Source: Candidatus Poribacteria bacterium (GTDB taxonomy: Bacteria > Poribacteria > WGA-4E > JAJDTR01). From it: 64,000 nt of DNA. This document shows positions 1 through 12,396 of this stretch, piece after piece. The stretch lies in NCBI GenBank assembly GCA_965222225.1, contig CBDCTK010000002.1, forward strand, positions 2,592,001 to 2,656,000, read 5' to 3'. The notes beneath the pieces were generated by a model. The model did no database searches. It was given only the letters and a program-made list of their open reading frames with translations, and was not told where the DNA came from. Within the stretch, counting starts at the first letter, position 1. Every line of letters begins with the position of its first letter. A program made the position numbers and the translations under genes.

Positions 1-332
1 TTGATCTCTCCGCATGCGTATGTAGCTTCGACCGGAAACATTTGAGCACCGTCGCTTGCAAAGATGCGCGGCGTGTTAAGCTTGTCATATAGTATAATGT
101 CCATCTGCCTAGAGACGTTGCCGATGGAGTCAACCACGAAACCTTGCGACACGCCGATTTTTGCTGGCAAGACCTCCTCTAGTTGAGATCGAAATTGCCG
201 TTCGATAAGTGCACCAATCTCGGCTGAATGGGGAATTGAATCACGAATTTGCTCAATGGATGCCGAGAGTTTGTTCTGTGCAGAAGACAATACTTTGCGA
301 TATATTGCAGTGTTCTCAGAATTATTACTCAT
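1..332 (-). CDS. DUF6602-like (PD-(D/E)XK-type) protein, partial (3' end outside window)
   Basis: Manual translation from ATG at 332: MSNNSENTAIYRKVL...HSAEIGALIERQFRSQLEEVLPAKIGVSQGFVVDSIGNVSRQMDIILYDKLNTP...FPVEATYACGEI; the G..E..LP..G.VVD..S.Q.DII.YD pattern is typical of DUF6602. Absent from the ORF track because it has no stop in the window. Confidence 0.75.
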   Translation of the reverse strand, partial: MSNNSENTAIYRKVLSSAQNKLSASIEQIRDSIPHSAEIGALIERQFRSQLEEVLPAKIGVSQGFVVDSIGNVSRQMDIILYDKLNTPRIFASDGAQMFPVEATYACGEI

Positions 333-621
333 CTGAGGTTCCCATCTCCTGTAGATTGTACCCGGTTTGGTCGACGAGTAATCCAACCGTCTTTGTGCCA
401 CCGCCATCAATGACGATAAAGAATCCTTGACGAGAAGAGGACGGAAGGTTACTGGTCAAATTCCATGCCTTGGAACAGTTTCACGCGCCTTGGCGTTGGT
501 CAATTTCGGAAAGATCTCGTTTGGTTATCAGTTGCCCGCAAGTGTAGAAAAGTTGCGGACGGTTGTCAATTTACGGTATTCAAAGGGTAATGACTCTTCC
601 CGAAATGAATTTTCAAACAGG

Positions 622-1230
622 TTATTTTCCGTTCTGTTTCGCAATTTTACGTATGTCAGGATTGGTATACATCTGCTGCGCTGCGTCATCTCCAAGATTA
701 TGGATTGCGGCTTTGACAGACTTGACGAGTGCTCTCTTTTCCGGGGTAAACAGAATCCCTATACTCTCGGCTGTGCCTGAACCCGACGCCTTAACAGAGG
801 TAACTTGCTTCATATCGTGATTGTAAAAGGTGAGTTTAACAGATAGGGAGTGATCCGATTCTCCGCGATACCACATCTTGTCGCTCTGATAGCCAAATGA
901 ACCCCCGGTGCCCCTAACTTCTGCGATAACAACAAGATCTAGCTGCTTATCATCCATCATCCGCTGAGTCGGATATGATTTTAGTACGTGGACAGAAGCG
1001 AACACCCGCCGAAGCGCCCTAGTCATCGTTGATTCAAGAGCTTTGTCCAATACCCGCAATTCGCCTTCTTTTATACCCCTACTATGGCTATGAAGCCTTG
1101 CCGATAGCTCACCGTCTTCCGTAACGAACAGACCGACGCGCAAACCGATGGGTTTTGTGCTGTCACCACATCCTGCGAGGGCAAAGGCGAGGATAACGGA
1201 TGAGATGCTGCGACGAAGATTAAATCCCAT
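622..1230 (-). CDS. Hypothetical lipoprotein
   Basis: 202 aa; signal peptide ending in lipobox LAGC. Confidence 0.75.
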   Translation of the reverse strand: MGFNLRRSISSVILAFALAGCGDSTKPIGLRVGLFVTEDGELSARLHSHSRGIKEGELRVLDKALESTMTRALRRVFASVHVLKSYPTQRMMDDKQLDLVVIAEVRGTGGSFGYQSDKMWYRGESDHSLSVKLTFYNHDMKQVTSVKASGSGTAESIGILFTPEKRALVKSVKAAIHNLGDDAAQQMYTNPDIRKIAKQNGK

Positions 1231-1627
1231 CTTTCTGCCTTTGGAACGCTACGTAGGGGCAATTTAGAAGCTATACACTTGTAAAGAAAAGATCTCATCT
1301 TCGATGTGGCGATCGAAGATTGCCGCCGGCGCTCAGCGATGGCCAAAAAAGAAAATACGCTTACGCCTCTAGCACCAGACGTGCGAAAGGTGCGACATGT
1401 CGCGGCTGTGTCACGGAAGACACCGCAAAACCAAAGGCTGGTGGGCGGGGGATCTCTATCGCAGTCGCTATTCACTCCTTTGATCCCACCCTACAAGAAG
1501 CTACTTGCACAATGCCGTAGAGAGAAGCAAAAGGCGAAGAAACCGATCAAGGAAGCGGATAGCGACCGCGATAGAGACCCCTTTTGAGGAAAAAACTCGG
1601 TTTCTGTGATGGTGGGCGGCGTCCACG

Positions 1628-2599
1628 CTACGCAGGAGTGACTGCCAAGACGCGAACTTCGCCGAATTCGTGGTCGAGCTTGCTCCAGGAGTCTCCGTCG
1701 TCCGTGCTGCGGAAAAGCTGTCCGCTCACGCTGCAAGCCATTATCCAGCCGCTCACCGCGGGGTTGTTCGCAAAGCACCAGATGGTGCTGTTCGCGGTCA
1801 TCCCGATGTCAGCCCGCTGCCACGACTTGCCGAGGTCGCGCGTATAGAAGATTCCGCCTTCGTTGCCGGGAGGCCCATTGCCCGCGCCGACAAACACGCG
1901 CTCGGCGTCGCCGTTCAGGTATAACGCCGCTCGGCAGTAGGGCCAGGGATAGTGGTCTTTGACGCTGAGCGGCGTCCAATTCGTCATATCCGTCGTGATG
2001 CACATGTCGTTGTTCGTGGCGGCAACGAGTGTTTTGGGATTGCCGGGGACGACGGTAAGCCCGTGAATGTCGAGGCTGCTAAGCCCTTCACTTCCCGCAG
2101 TCCACGTCTCGCCGCCATCGGTGCTCCGACGCATACCGTCAATCTCGATTCCGGCGTATATCGTCTGGTCGTCGATCGGGTCGATGATTAATGAGGTTAT
2201 TCGCGGAATGATTGGCACGCCCGGGCACTCGTCGGCAAGCTCCGCATCAAGTTGCTTCCACGTTTCCCCGCGATCGGTTGATTTGAAGATGGCGGAGGGG
2301 CATGTGCCCGCATAGATTGTGTCGGTGTTATTCGGATTGATTGCAATCGCCCACACCTGCATCTTATCCATTGGCGATTCGAGGGAGTGCCACTTATCTC
2401 CACCGTCTGTACTGCGGCAAACTCCTGCTTCCGTGCCCGCGAAGAGGAGGGAGGGATTGTCGGGAGACGCGGCTATTGCCCGAATGTGAGCCTCCGGGAA
2501 CATGCCCTCGCTGGCGCGATTCCAAGAATCGCCGCCGTCTTTGCTGCGCCAGACGCTCTGGCCTACTGTTCCCGCATAGATGGTTGGTGTATTTGCCAT
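1628..2599 (-). CDS. BNR/Asp-box repeat beta-propeller protein (glycosyl hydrolase/Ycf48-like)
   Basis: Repeated SxDGGxxW Asp-boxes (SKDGGDSW, STDGGDKW, STDRGETW, STDGGETW, STDDGDSW); GGAGG RBS. Confidence 0.85.
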   Translation of the reverse strand: MANTPTIYAGTVGQSVWRSKDGGDSWNRASEGMFPEAHIRAIAASPDNPSLLFAGTEAGVCRSTDGGDKWHSLESPMDKMQVWAIAINPNNTDTIYAGTCPSAIFKSTDRGETWKQLDAELADECPGVPIIPRITSLIIDPIDDQTIYAGIEIDGMRRSTDGGETWTAGSEGLSSLDIHGLTVVPGNPKTLVAATNNDMCITTDMTNWTPLSVKDHYPWPYCRAALYLNGDAERVFVGAGNGPPGNEGGIFYTRDLGKSWQRADIGMTANSTIWCFANNPAVSGWIMACSVSGQLFRSTDDGDSWSKLDHEFGEVRVLAVTPA

Positions 2600-2615
2600 G
2601 ATTTACCTCCGTAAT

Positions 2616-2681
2616 TCAGTGATCAGTGGCTAGTGGTTAGTGAAACAATTGCCGTGTTCAGTCATTGACCATTAGTCACTG
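2616..2681. repeat. Heptamer short tandem repeat (YYAGTGR x4) with inverted degenerate copies
   Basis: TCAGTGA TCAGTGG CTAGTGG TTAGTGA at 2616-2643; complementary TCATTGA CCATTAG TCACTG at 2662-2681. Confidence 0.6.
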
Positions 2682-2696
2682 TAGTTTGCCAAGAAC

Positions 2697-2724
2697 GTAT
2701 GGAACGCAGATCTGCGTTCCATAC
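2697..2724. repeat. REP-like palindrome family B (GTAGGGAACGCAGATCTGCGTTCCCTAC); other copies 25378-25405, 36855-36882
   Basis: Perfect 28-bp palindrome here and at 36855; near-identical copy at 25378; all intergenic. Confidence 0.85.
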
Positions 2725-2747
2725 AATAACCCTCCACTCACATCTTG

Positions 2748-4511
2748 TCACTCTGTTAGCTTTCCTTCACCAACTACTGTATCGAAAAATTGGATTTGCC
2801 ATTCAACATCACGAGGCTCAATCTCAACGCTCAAATAGATTGGGTAGGTGTAGATTGCGCCGTCTTGCACGGGCGTCATCGGCTCACCGGACACAATTAC
2901 CGTTTTCCCCGCGTACACTGTGATGAGGGGCGTATTGACACCGACGAGGCTACTGGGGATCGCAATTATGTCCCAATACCTAGAGTGTACCGGATTCGGC
3001 AACACCGACGCATCGAAGGTGACTTCAGCCCCCAATTTCGCGTGATATTCGTAAGTTGACGGTTCTTCGGAAAAAGGGGCGCTGCGAGGCTGGACACTGG
3101 GGATCATAGTGATTTCATGAACGCTCAATCCAAAGTTGGGGTTAATCATACTCGCTTTGCCGTTCGCAGTCAACGGTACATCGAGCACCTGACTAGGCTG
3201 TCCGTCTTGAAACTCGATAGCCTTCAGGTCGTAGATTCGACTGCCGTCGATAATGCCCCCTCTCGCAAGCGGAGACTGAATCTCGAAAACGACGTTCAGC
3301 CCCTGCCATCCGCCACTTGATAGCAGGGTAATATAGTCGGCAGCATAATTGACCAATACATCACCTTTAGCCATAATCGGGTATGAACGGTGCGTTCGCC
3401 GTGGTCGGAGCGTTAGGTCTTCATTCCGATATCCGTACTGCCCCCCCGCAAAGTGGGTGTCGTCCAGAAAGTTTGCCACCTTCCAGTCGGCAAAAATGGA
3501 TGAGAAGGTGCGGGTTAGACCTTGTGACAGCAGCGCGCTGTTTACGCCGGCAATCCCATCCGCTCGCTCTCTCACTATCGCGGCGATTGTCTCCTGACCG
3601 CCGTGCTGTTCGTAAAGATACAGCATCCAGAGGTAGGCTGCGCCGTATTGAGCGAGACGACTTCGGCTGCCGAGCGGCCAGTTGGTCAACGATACCGAAG
3701 GGTTCCTTTCGTAGCTCGTTGTATGCTTTTCGGGACGATAGCCACAGAGGAACATGGCGATATCGGCACATCCCTCATTGACCCATATCACCTCGTTGCG
3801 GTCGTGGCGCCAATGGATTAAGTGATGGAATTCGTGAGCGATTACGCCGAGCCCTTCGGCGCCGCCCGTGTCGAGAGGATGGGTGTCAATGTAAAGCAGG
3901 TCGCGCTCGTTGCTGCGAATCGGTGCTCCAAATTCCGGATGCCGCAATACCCCGCGTTGTTGATCGATGGGGTTAAAATACCCGGCTATAAACCCGTCGC
4001 CCCTCACCGCTGCGTCACGAATGTCGAGCAGGAGTAGATAGATTTTTGCGTCTCCGTCAACGTCCGGAGGTGCACCAAAGAGACCCGTCTGTATCCGGTA
4101 TATCCCGCGCTGCGGGTCGGCTGGAGTCGAGTCGTCGAAGGCGCGGCGCACCGTTTCGAGTGTTTCATGTTCCACGGTGTGTTCCCATTGAGAATCCTCG
4201 ACATACAGGTAGCAGAACTCACCGATTGCCCGCAATGTCGCCGATACAATATACTGCTCTTGGGTTCGCACATCAACGGAGAAGAAGGAATGGCGGTCTC
4301 CGAGCGCGGGGGGCGCCAGTTGCGCGGGGGCGGCAGGTGAGTCAGGTGCCGCCATCAGGGAGGGAAATTGATCGAAAAGGTAGGGGGTGCCGTCAATCCA
4401 AGCATCTGCCACGGAGTGAACACTCACGAGGGCAAGGATGACGAGAATGCACCGAATTCGGTGTGGGCGGCGAACGGAAGAGAAAGGAGAGTTGAGTCTG
4501 TTTTTGTTCAT
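2748..4511 (-). CDS. Secreted zinc metallopeptidase (M30/M6 immune-inhibitor-A-like)
   Basis: AHEFHHLIH zinc motif followed by WVNEG; IAGYF motif; signal peptide. Start uncertain (4511 or 4556). Confidence 0.8.
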   Translation of the reverse strand: MNKNRLNSPFSSVRRPHRIRCILVILALVSVHSVADAWIDGTPYLFDQFPSLMAAPDSPAAPAQLAPPALGDRHSFFSVDVRTQEQYIVSATLRAIGEFCYLYVEDSQWEHTVEHETLETVRRAFDDSTPADPQRGIYRIQTGLFGAPPDVDGDAKIYLLLLDIRDAAVRGDGFIAGYFNPIDQQRGVLRHPEFGAPIRSNERDLLYIDTHPLDTGGAEGLGVIAHEFHHLIHWRHDRNEVIWVNEGCADIAMFLCGYRPEKHTTSYERNPSVSLTNWPLGSRSRLAQYGAAYLWMLYLYEQHGGQETIAAIVRERADGIAGVNSALLSQGLTRTFSSIFADWKVANFLDDTHFAGGQYGYRNEDLTLRPRRTHRSYPIMAKGDVLVNYAADYITLLSSGGWQGLNVVFEIQSPLARGGIIDGSRIYDLKAIEFQDGQPSQVLDVPLTANGKASMINPNFGLSVHEITMIPSVQPRSAPFSEEPSTYEYHAKLGAEVTFDASVLPNPVHSRYWDIIAIPSSLVGVNTPLITVYAGKTVIVSGEPMTPVQDGAIYTYPIYLSVEIEPRDVEWQIQFFDTVVGEGKLTE

Positions 4512-4671
4512 CACTAGCCACACACCCCGCAAATAGAAGAACCCACACGGTGGCAACGAAGATGAACGCGGAGAATCAGGGTAGGAACCATTTCTCGATC
4601 ACGACTTCTTGCAACATGTGTTCGCAAGATGATGTGAGAAACCGAGAGTTGCGGAAAACGCCCTATTCCGT

Positions 4672-6402
4672 TTAGTCGCCAATCTCTGTTTTTAACTTCT
4701 CTCGGATGGCGGTATTGTTTGGCTCCAGTTGAATGGCTCTTTGCCACGCGGCAATCGCTTTGTCTTTTAGCCCCTTTTTCATGTAGGCATCGCCCAAATG
4801 GTGCTGAATTTCGGCGCTTTTGGGCATAAGGTGGATTGCCATTTCCAGTTGTTGCAAGGCTTCATCCAGTTTCCCCTGTTTGAAGTATGTCCAGCCGAGA
4901 CTGTCAATATAACCGGCTTGCTCGGGCGATTGCTTCAATGCCTTCTTTATAAGGTCAACGGCTTCATCCAGATTTGTACCGTTCTCGGCGAAGAAATATC
5001 CCAAAGCGTTAAGCGCGTCCGTGTACTCCGGATTAACCGAGATGGCTTTTCTCAAGTAAAACTCGGTTTTTTGGAGATTACCAAGCTCTTCATAGGCAAG
5101 CCCTGTCCAATAGATTGCTTCCACATTCTCGGGGTCATCTCTTAGAACATTTTGTAAGATGTCTATCGCCTCTTCATACTTCTCAAGAGCGAAATAATGT
5201 CTCACCACATGACCGGGTTCAAGGGCAGCGGCTTTTTTGAGATAGGGGTATGCTCTTTCCAAATCACCCTGTTCCTGATGGGCGATTCCGAGCCAGTAAT
5301 TTGCATCCACATTGTCAGGATACTCAAGAACTACCTGCCGCAACATCTCAATTCCATCCTCCTCGCCGCCAAGCTCGACACATAGGCTGCCTAGACGCGC
5401 ACGCAAGTGCGGGAGCAGCGCGTCATAACGAGAAAGGTTCTCGGGTTTATCAACGCGCCGCAGTTCTTGGTAAGCAACAATCGCCTTCTCAAGGCTACCT
5501 TTCGCGGACTCCAACTGCTCGGGAGGCACCTCCGGTTGATTCATAATCTGTTCGAATCGCTCAACGTATAATTTCCCCAACGCATTATGACCCTTTGATA
5601 GATTCCGATCGATTTTCACCGCCCGCTCGTAGGCGGCAATGGCTTCCTCTCTTCGGTCCGATTCATCGTATAGCTCCGCAAGATCGAGATGGAACCGGGC
5701 GTGGTAGGGCATAATTCGCGTCAACTCTTTGAACGAATTAATCGCCAGCTTGTAGTCTTTTCTAAACTTCGCTATCATCGCCAGATGACGGTGCGCCTCC
5801 ACATGATCGGGTTGCAATTCGGTGACCTCCCGGAACTCGGCTATCATCTTCGTCCATATCTTCTCATCCCGAGAACGCGTTGAGCGGCGTCTTTGCTGGA
5901 GGCGCTGGAAAAGAATCTCTCCAAGCAAAAAATGGGGGGCAGCTTTGTCTGGCTGAAGTTCAATGGCTCGGCGGCATTCCGTCTCTGCGCTCTTAATATC
6001 TTGCATTGCGCGACTGAGCCGGGCTAATTGTGTATGGACAAATGCGGAGGGTTCATAATTTTCAAGGAGGCGGAGGTAGATCTCCTTCGCATCGGAAAGC
6101 CGCCGCATGGTGTGGAGATAGGTCGCCCAAGCAAGTTGCGTGTAGACCCGTTTGGCATTCTCATATTCTGGGCTTAAAGACAGGGGAGAATATTCCACAG
6201 AGTTTTGTGTGTCAAGACTTCCCGATTCGTCCGACACCAGCGGCTTTTCGGTGGATACCGCTTCCTCCGCAGCCACCATCGTCACCGTGCAGTTAAGGAA
6301 AATGGCAATGGCAAAGAGTGGTATTGATGCAAGACGACGCATGGAAGCCCGGTGGCTTGTGGCGCTAGACTTGTGGTTAGTTGAAGTTTCTTGACTGGTC
6401 AT
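4672..6402 (-). CDS. Tetratricopeptide repeat protein, exported
   Basis: Many TPR units; C-terminal ALNALGY..AE...IDSLGW.YFKQG..HLGD pattern; hydrophobic N-terminus. The ORF-track start (6477) lies in a REP, so a later ATG was chosen. Confidence 0.85.
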   Translation of the reverse strand: MTSQETSTNHKSSATSHRASMRRLASIPLFAIAIFLNCTVTMVAAEEAVSTEKPLVSDESGSLDTQNSVEYSPLSLSPEYENAKRVYTQLAWATYLHTMRRLSDAKEIYLRLLENYEPSAFVHTQLARLSRAMQDIKSAETECRRAIELQPDKAAPHFLLGEILFQRLQQRRRSTRSRDEKIWTKMIAEFREVTELQPDHVEAHRHLAMIAKFRKDYKLAINSFKELTRIMPYHARFHLDLAELYDESDRREEAIAAYERAVKIDRNLSKGHNALGKLYVERFEQIMNQPEVPPEQLESAKGSLEKAIVAYQELRRVDKPENLSRYDALLPHLRARLGSLCVELGGEEDGIEMLRQVVLEYPDNVDANYWLGIAHQEQGDLERAYPYLKKAAALEPGHVVRHYFALEKYEEAIDILQNVLRDDPENVEAIYWTGLAYEELGNLQKTEFYLRKAISVNPEYTDALNALGYFFAENGTNLDEAVDLIKKALKQSPEQAGYIDSLGWTYFKQGKLDEALQQLEMAIHLMPKSAEIQHHLGDAYMKKGLKDKAIAAWQRAIQLEPNNTAIREKLKTEIGD

Positions 6403-6461
6403 AGGACATTCAGAAGAATAGGTCGCACAATCTTGATTGTTCCTTAAGATTGTGCAAGAAA

Positions 6462-6492
6462 GAGACCGAGTTTTCAAGAAAAAACTCGGTTT
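6462..6492. repeat. Palindromic repeat family A (GAAACCGAGTTTTNNNGAAAAAACTCGGTTTC); copies 9573-9604, 15618-15649, 19794-19825, 23720-23751, 58070-58101, half copies 1582-1604 and 26837-26851
   Basis: Same ~32-bp hairpin-forming sequence in at least six intergenic regions. Confidence 0.85.
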
Positions 6493-6542
6493 AGGTGCAA
6501 TGATTCTAAATTGCCATATCGGACGCGCAATGAATTGCGCTA

Positions 6543-9023
6543 CTACGAACTGTCAGCCTCGGTCTCTCCATTTTCACCGTTTTCGGGGAGACTTGTTTCG
6601 AAAATCTTTCCGACATCAACGACGTTCTCGTCGGCACGCAGCGACATTAGACGGACGCCCTGGGTATTCCGTCCAATGACACGAATGTCGTTGACTGCCA
6701 TTCGAGTTATCATACCCTTGGAACTAATGATAATCAACTCATCGCCTTCCGAGACCGGCTTGGCATCAACAACAAGTCCATTGCGGGAGCTCGTCTTGAT
6801 AGCGATAACCCCTTTTCCGCCACGTGATTGGTATCGATACTCCTTTACGGCGGTTCGTTTGCCGTAGCCGTTGGCTGTCACGACAAGCAGGGATGTGTTC
6901 TCATCGGGGGAAACCACCATTCCGACAACGGCGTCGTCTTCACCAATCCGAATGCCGCGCACTCCCCGTGCGGTGCGTCCCATGCAACGAACCTCGGTCT
7001 CATTAAAGTGAACCGACATGCCTTGCCGCGTCACCAAGATGATATGGTCGTTTTCCTCTGCTAATCGGACGCCAATTAGCTGATCGTCTTCATCAAGGTT
7101 AATGGCGATAATGCCGGCAGAGTACGGCTTACGGAAATCAGAGAGCTTGCATTTCTTGACGATTCCCCTTCGGGTTGTCATGAAAAGGCAGCGGTTATCA
7201 TTAAACTGGCGAACAGTAACAAAGGCGGTCGTTTTTTCGCCTTCCTGCAACCTTAAGAGGTTCACCACGGCTCGTCCAGCAGCGGTGCGTCCGCCTTCGG
7301 GAATCTCGAATACCTTTAGCCAATAGCATTTCCCTCGATCCGAAAAGAATAGGATGTATTGATGTGCGGAGGCAACGAAGGTATATTCCAAGAAATCGCC
7401 GTCTTTGGTCCCCATGCCTATCACCCCAACGCCGCCGCGATTTTGTCGGCTGTAGGTTGAAATTGGCATCCGCTTGATGTAACCGGCGTGGGAAATTGTT
7501 ACGACCATCTCTTCGTCGGCAATCAGGTCTTCAATGTCGAAACTTCCGACTTCGTTGATAATCTCGGTGCGGCGTTCGTCACCGTAGTCCTTTTTGAGTT
7601 CTAACAGTTCATTATTGATGATGTCGGTCAGGAGGGCTTCGCTCGCTAAAATGGCACGCAACTCTTCAATCCGCTCCAGCACGTTTGCGTACTCATCGTT
7701 TATTTTCTGACGCTCAAGACCGGTAAGTTGGCGAAGCGTCATGGTCAAGATTTCGCTGGCTTGAATCTCTGACAGCTCGTAACTTGCCATCAAGCCTTCT
7801 TGGGCTTCTTGAGGAGACTCGGCGTTTTGGACAATTTCAATAACCTCTTCGAGATTGTTCAAGGCGATGCGGTAGCCTTCAAGCACGTGCGCCCGCGCTA
7901 CGCTACGGTCCAAATCGAACTGCGTCCGGCGACGAACGACCTCCCGGCGGTGGTTAAGGTAATGTACTAGGATTGATTTAAGCGGAAGCACTCGTGGCAA
8001 ACCGTTGACGAGGCACAACATAATCGCCCCGTAGTTGGTCTGCATCTGCGTATGCTTGTAGAGTTGGTTCAGCACCACCTGTGCAATAACGCCGCGCTTG
8101 AGCTCGATCACCACCCGAATCTCCCTGTCGGATTCATCCCGAATATCGGAAATCCCGGTTATGGTCTTGTCGGTAACCAGATGAAACATCTTGGAAAGCA
8201 GCTGATCTTTTTTCACCTGATACGGGACTTCCGTAACGATGATTTGTTCTTTCCCGGCGGGTGTCTGCTCAATGATTGCCCTTGCCCGCACCGTAATACT
8301 TCCCTTTCCGGTGGCGTACATGTCCCTGATGCCGGATCTGCCGACGATAATACCTGCGGTAGGAAAGTCGGGACCCGGCATGTGCCGCATAAGTTCAGCC
8401 AGCGTCACCTGCGGGTTATCAAGCATTGCGATAAGCACATCAACCACCTCACCCAGATTGTGCGGCGGGATTCGCGTCAGATATCCGACGCCGATGCCGG
8501 TCGTGCCGTTGATGAGGAGGTTAGGCAGCAGCGCGGGAAGTACCGTCGGCTCATTCGTCGATTCCTTGTAGTTCGGCTGAAAATCGACAGTGTTTTTGTG
8601 GATATCCACCAACATATTGTCGGCGATCGAAGCGAGGCGGCACTCCGTATAACGCATCGCCCCCGCCGGATCGCTGTCGATGGAGCCAAAATTCCCTTGC
8701 CCATCAATAAGTGGATAGCGGATCGTAAATTCCTGTGTCAATCCCACAAGGGTATCGTAGATGGGCTCGTTTCCGTGCGGGTGGAAGTTCTTCATGACCT
8801 CGCCAACGACGGCAGCGCATTTGTCGTAGGAGCGGTTTGAGGTGAGGTTAATCTCCCCCATGGCGTAGAGAATCCGCCGTGTGCTAGGCTTCAGCCCGTC
8901 ACGCACGTCCGGGATCGCGCGATTCGTGTTGACACTCATCGCGTAGGTCAGATACGACTCTTTTAATTCATCTTCAATGTATCTGGTGACGATGTTTTGA
9001 GTTACGTTTCTCTCTGTTTGCAC
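6543..9023 (-). CDS. gyrA: DNA gyrase subunit A
   Basis: RAIPDVRDGLKP, DGQGNFGS, catalytic AMRYTE, GyrA-box-like QNRGGVG and C-terminal pinwheel repeats; GTG start at 9023 with GAGG RBS. Confidence 0.97.
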   Translation of the reverse strand: MQTERNVTQNIVTRYIEDELKESYLTYAMSVNTNRAIPDVRDGLKPSTRRILYAMGEINLTSNRSYDKCAAVVGEVMKNFHPHGNEPIYDTLVGLTQEFTIRYPLIDGQGNFGSIDSDPAGAMRYTECRLASIADNMLVDIHKNTVDFQPNYKESTNEPTVLPALLPNLLINGTTGIGVGYLTRIPPHNLGEVVDVLIAMLDNPQVTLAELMRHMPGPDFPTAGIIVGRSGIRDMYATGKGSITVRARAIIEQTPAGKEQIIVTEVPYQVKKDQLLSKMFHLVTDKTITGISDIRDESDREIRVVIELKRGVIAQVVLNQLYKHTQMQTNYGAIMLCLVNGLPRVLPLKSILVHYLNHRREVVRRRTQFDLDRSVARAHVLEGYRIALNNLEEVIEIVQNAESPQEAQEGLMASYELSEIQASEILTMTLRQLTGLERQKINDEYANVLERIEELRAILASEALLTDIINNELLELKKDYGDERRTEIINEVGSFDIEDLIADEEMVVTISHAGYIKRMPISTYSRQNRGGVGVIGMGTKDGDFLEYTFVASAHQYILFFSDRGKCYWLKVFEIPEGGRTAAGRAVVNLLRLQEGEKTTAFVTVRQFNDNRCLFMTTRRGIVKKCKLSDFRKPYSAGIIAINLDEDDQLIGVRLAEENDHIILVTRQGMSVHFNETEVRCMGRTARGVRGIRIGEDDAVVGMVVSPDENTSLLVVTANGYGKRTAVKEYRYQSRGGKGVIAIKTSSRNGLVVDAKPVSEGDELIIISSKGMITRMAVNDIRVIGRNTQGVRLMSLRADENVVDVGKIFETSLPENGENGETEADSS

Positions 9024-9628
9024 GCTTTGCCTCAAAAAACAGCAGTCGGTAGAGGGCATCCGCAAGGGATGTCCCTATAGGCAAGTTTCAATATTAAGGT
9101 TATCTTCTGTAACGTCTGCGAAAAATAAGAGAGAGTATTCGCACACAGATGGATTTGATATATTTCGCCTCCCCCGTAGGAGCGATCTCCCGGTCGCTAC
9201 CTGTCTGCGATCGGAGTCGTGATTTGGAGATCGCTCCTACAGTTGCAAGAGAAGAGCACAAATCAATCCATAGGTTAACACTCTCAAATAAGATTGGAAA
9301 GATGGAGAATCCTTTTCCACGCCACCTTTAACAGGTTGTTTCTCTAGTGCAACTTGGCGGAGGGTTTCACTGTGTTCAACCCAACCTACAGGTTAGATAA
9401 AGACCTGCTGGATTTGCCAATGCAGCAGGAGCGATCAAGCGAGTGCGATAGAAATCTCATCCCGGTCGCGACCGTCTCATGTCCAAGTTCACCTGATGCG
9501 CATATTGCTCATGGAATCTCTATCGCCCTCATTGTTCACTCGGTCGACCCTACAATAAACCGAACAGGTGCAGAAACCGAGTTTTCAGGAAAAAACTCGG
9601 TTTCGTCGGCACAATTGTACGACTACGA
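9024..9628. repeat. Mosaic of REP-like hairpins in the gyrB-gyrA spacer
   Basis: GGGCATCC-GCAA-GGGATGTCCC (~9054-9076); GTAGGAGCGATCTCC...GGAGATCGCTCCTAC (9176-9240); GGGTTTCACTGTGTTCAACCCAACCTAC (~9362-9389); family E inverted pair (~9430-9555); family A (9573-9604). Confidence 0.8.
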
Positions 9629-12115
<2,487 letters not shown>

Positions 12116-12396
12116 TTAAAGAAGAATCTCCGGTCTACGGAGATTCGGTATCAATTTTTAAGAACCGGTTTGAAGCCCCTAGGCGCTATTTGAAAATCGT
12201 CATCTGGCAACCGTGGTAAATTTCATACTTTTCATACCAAATCGGGGTTTTCCACAGGGAAATAAAACGGGGGATAACCCTTGCTATGACTGGCTTATTC
12301 ACTGTTTTTACATTAAAGGCATTAAAACGTAGGTATGAAATTCCGGTTGTTTCCCAAAACAGGTTTCAATCGAAGATGAGAGATTCTATCTTGATT

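Noticed and set aside
1306-1587. 93-aa plus-strand ORF
   Set aside because: Its second half consists of family E and A repeats and it has no recognisable motif; probably spurious.
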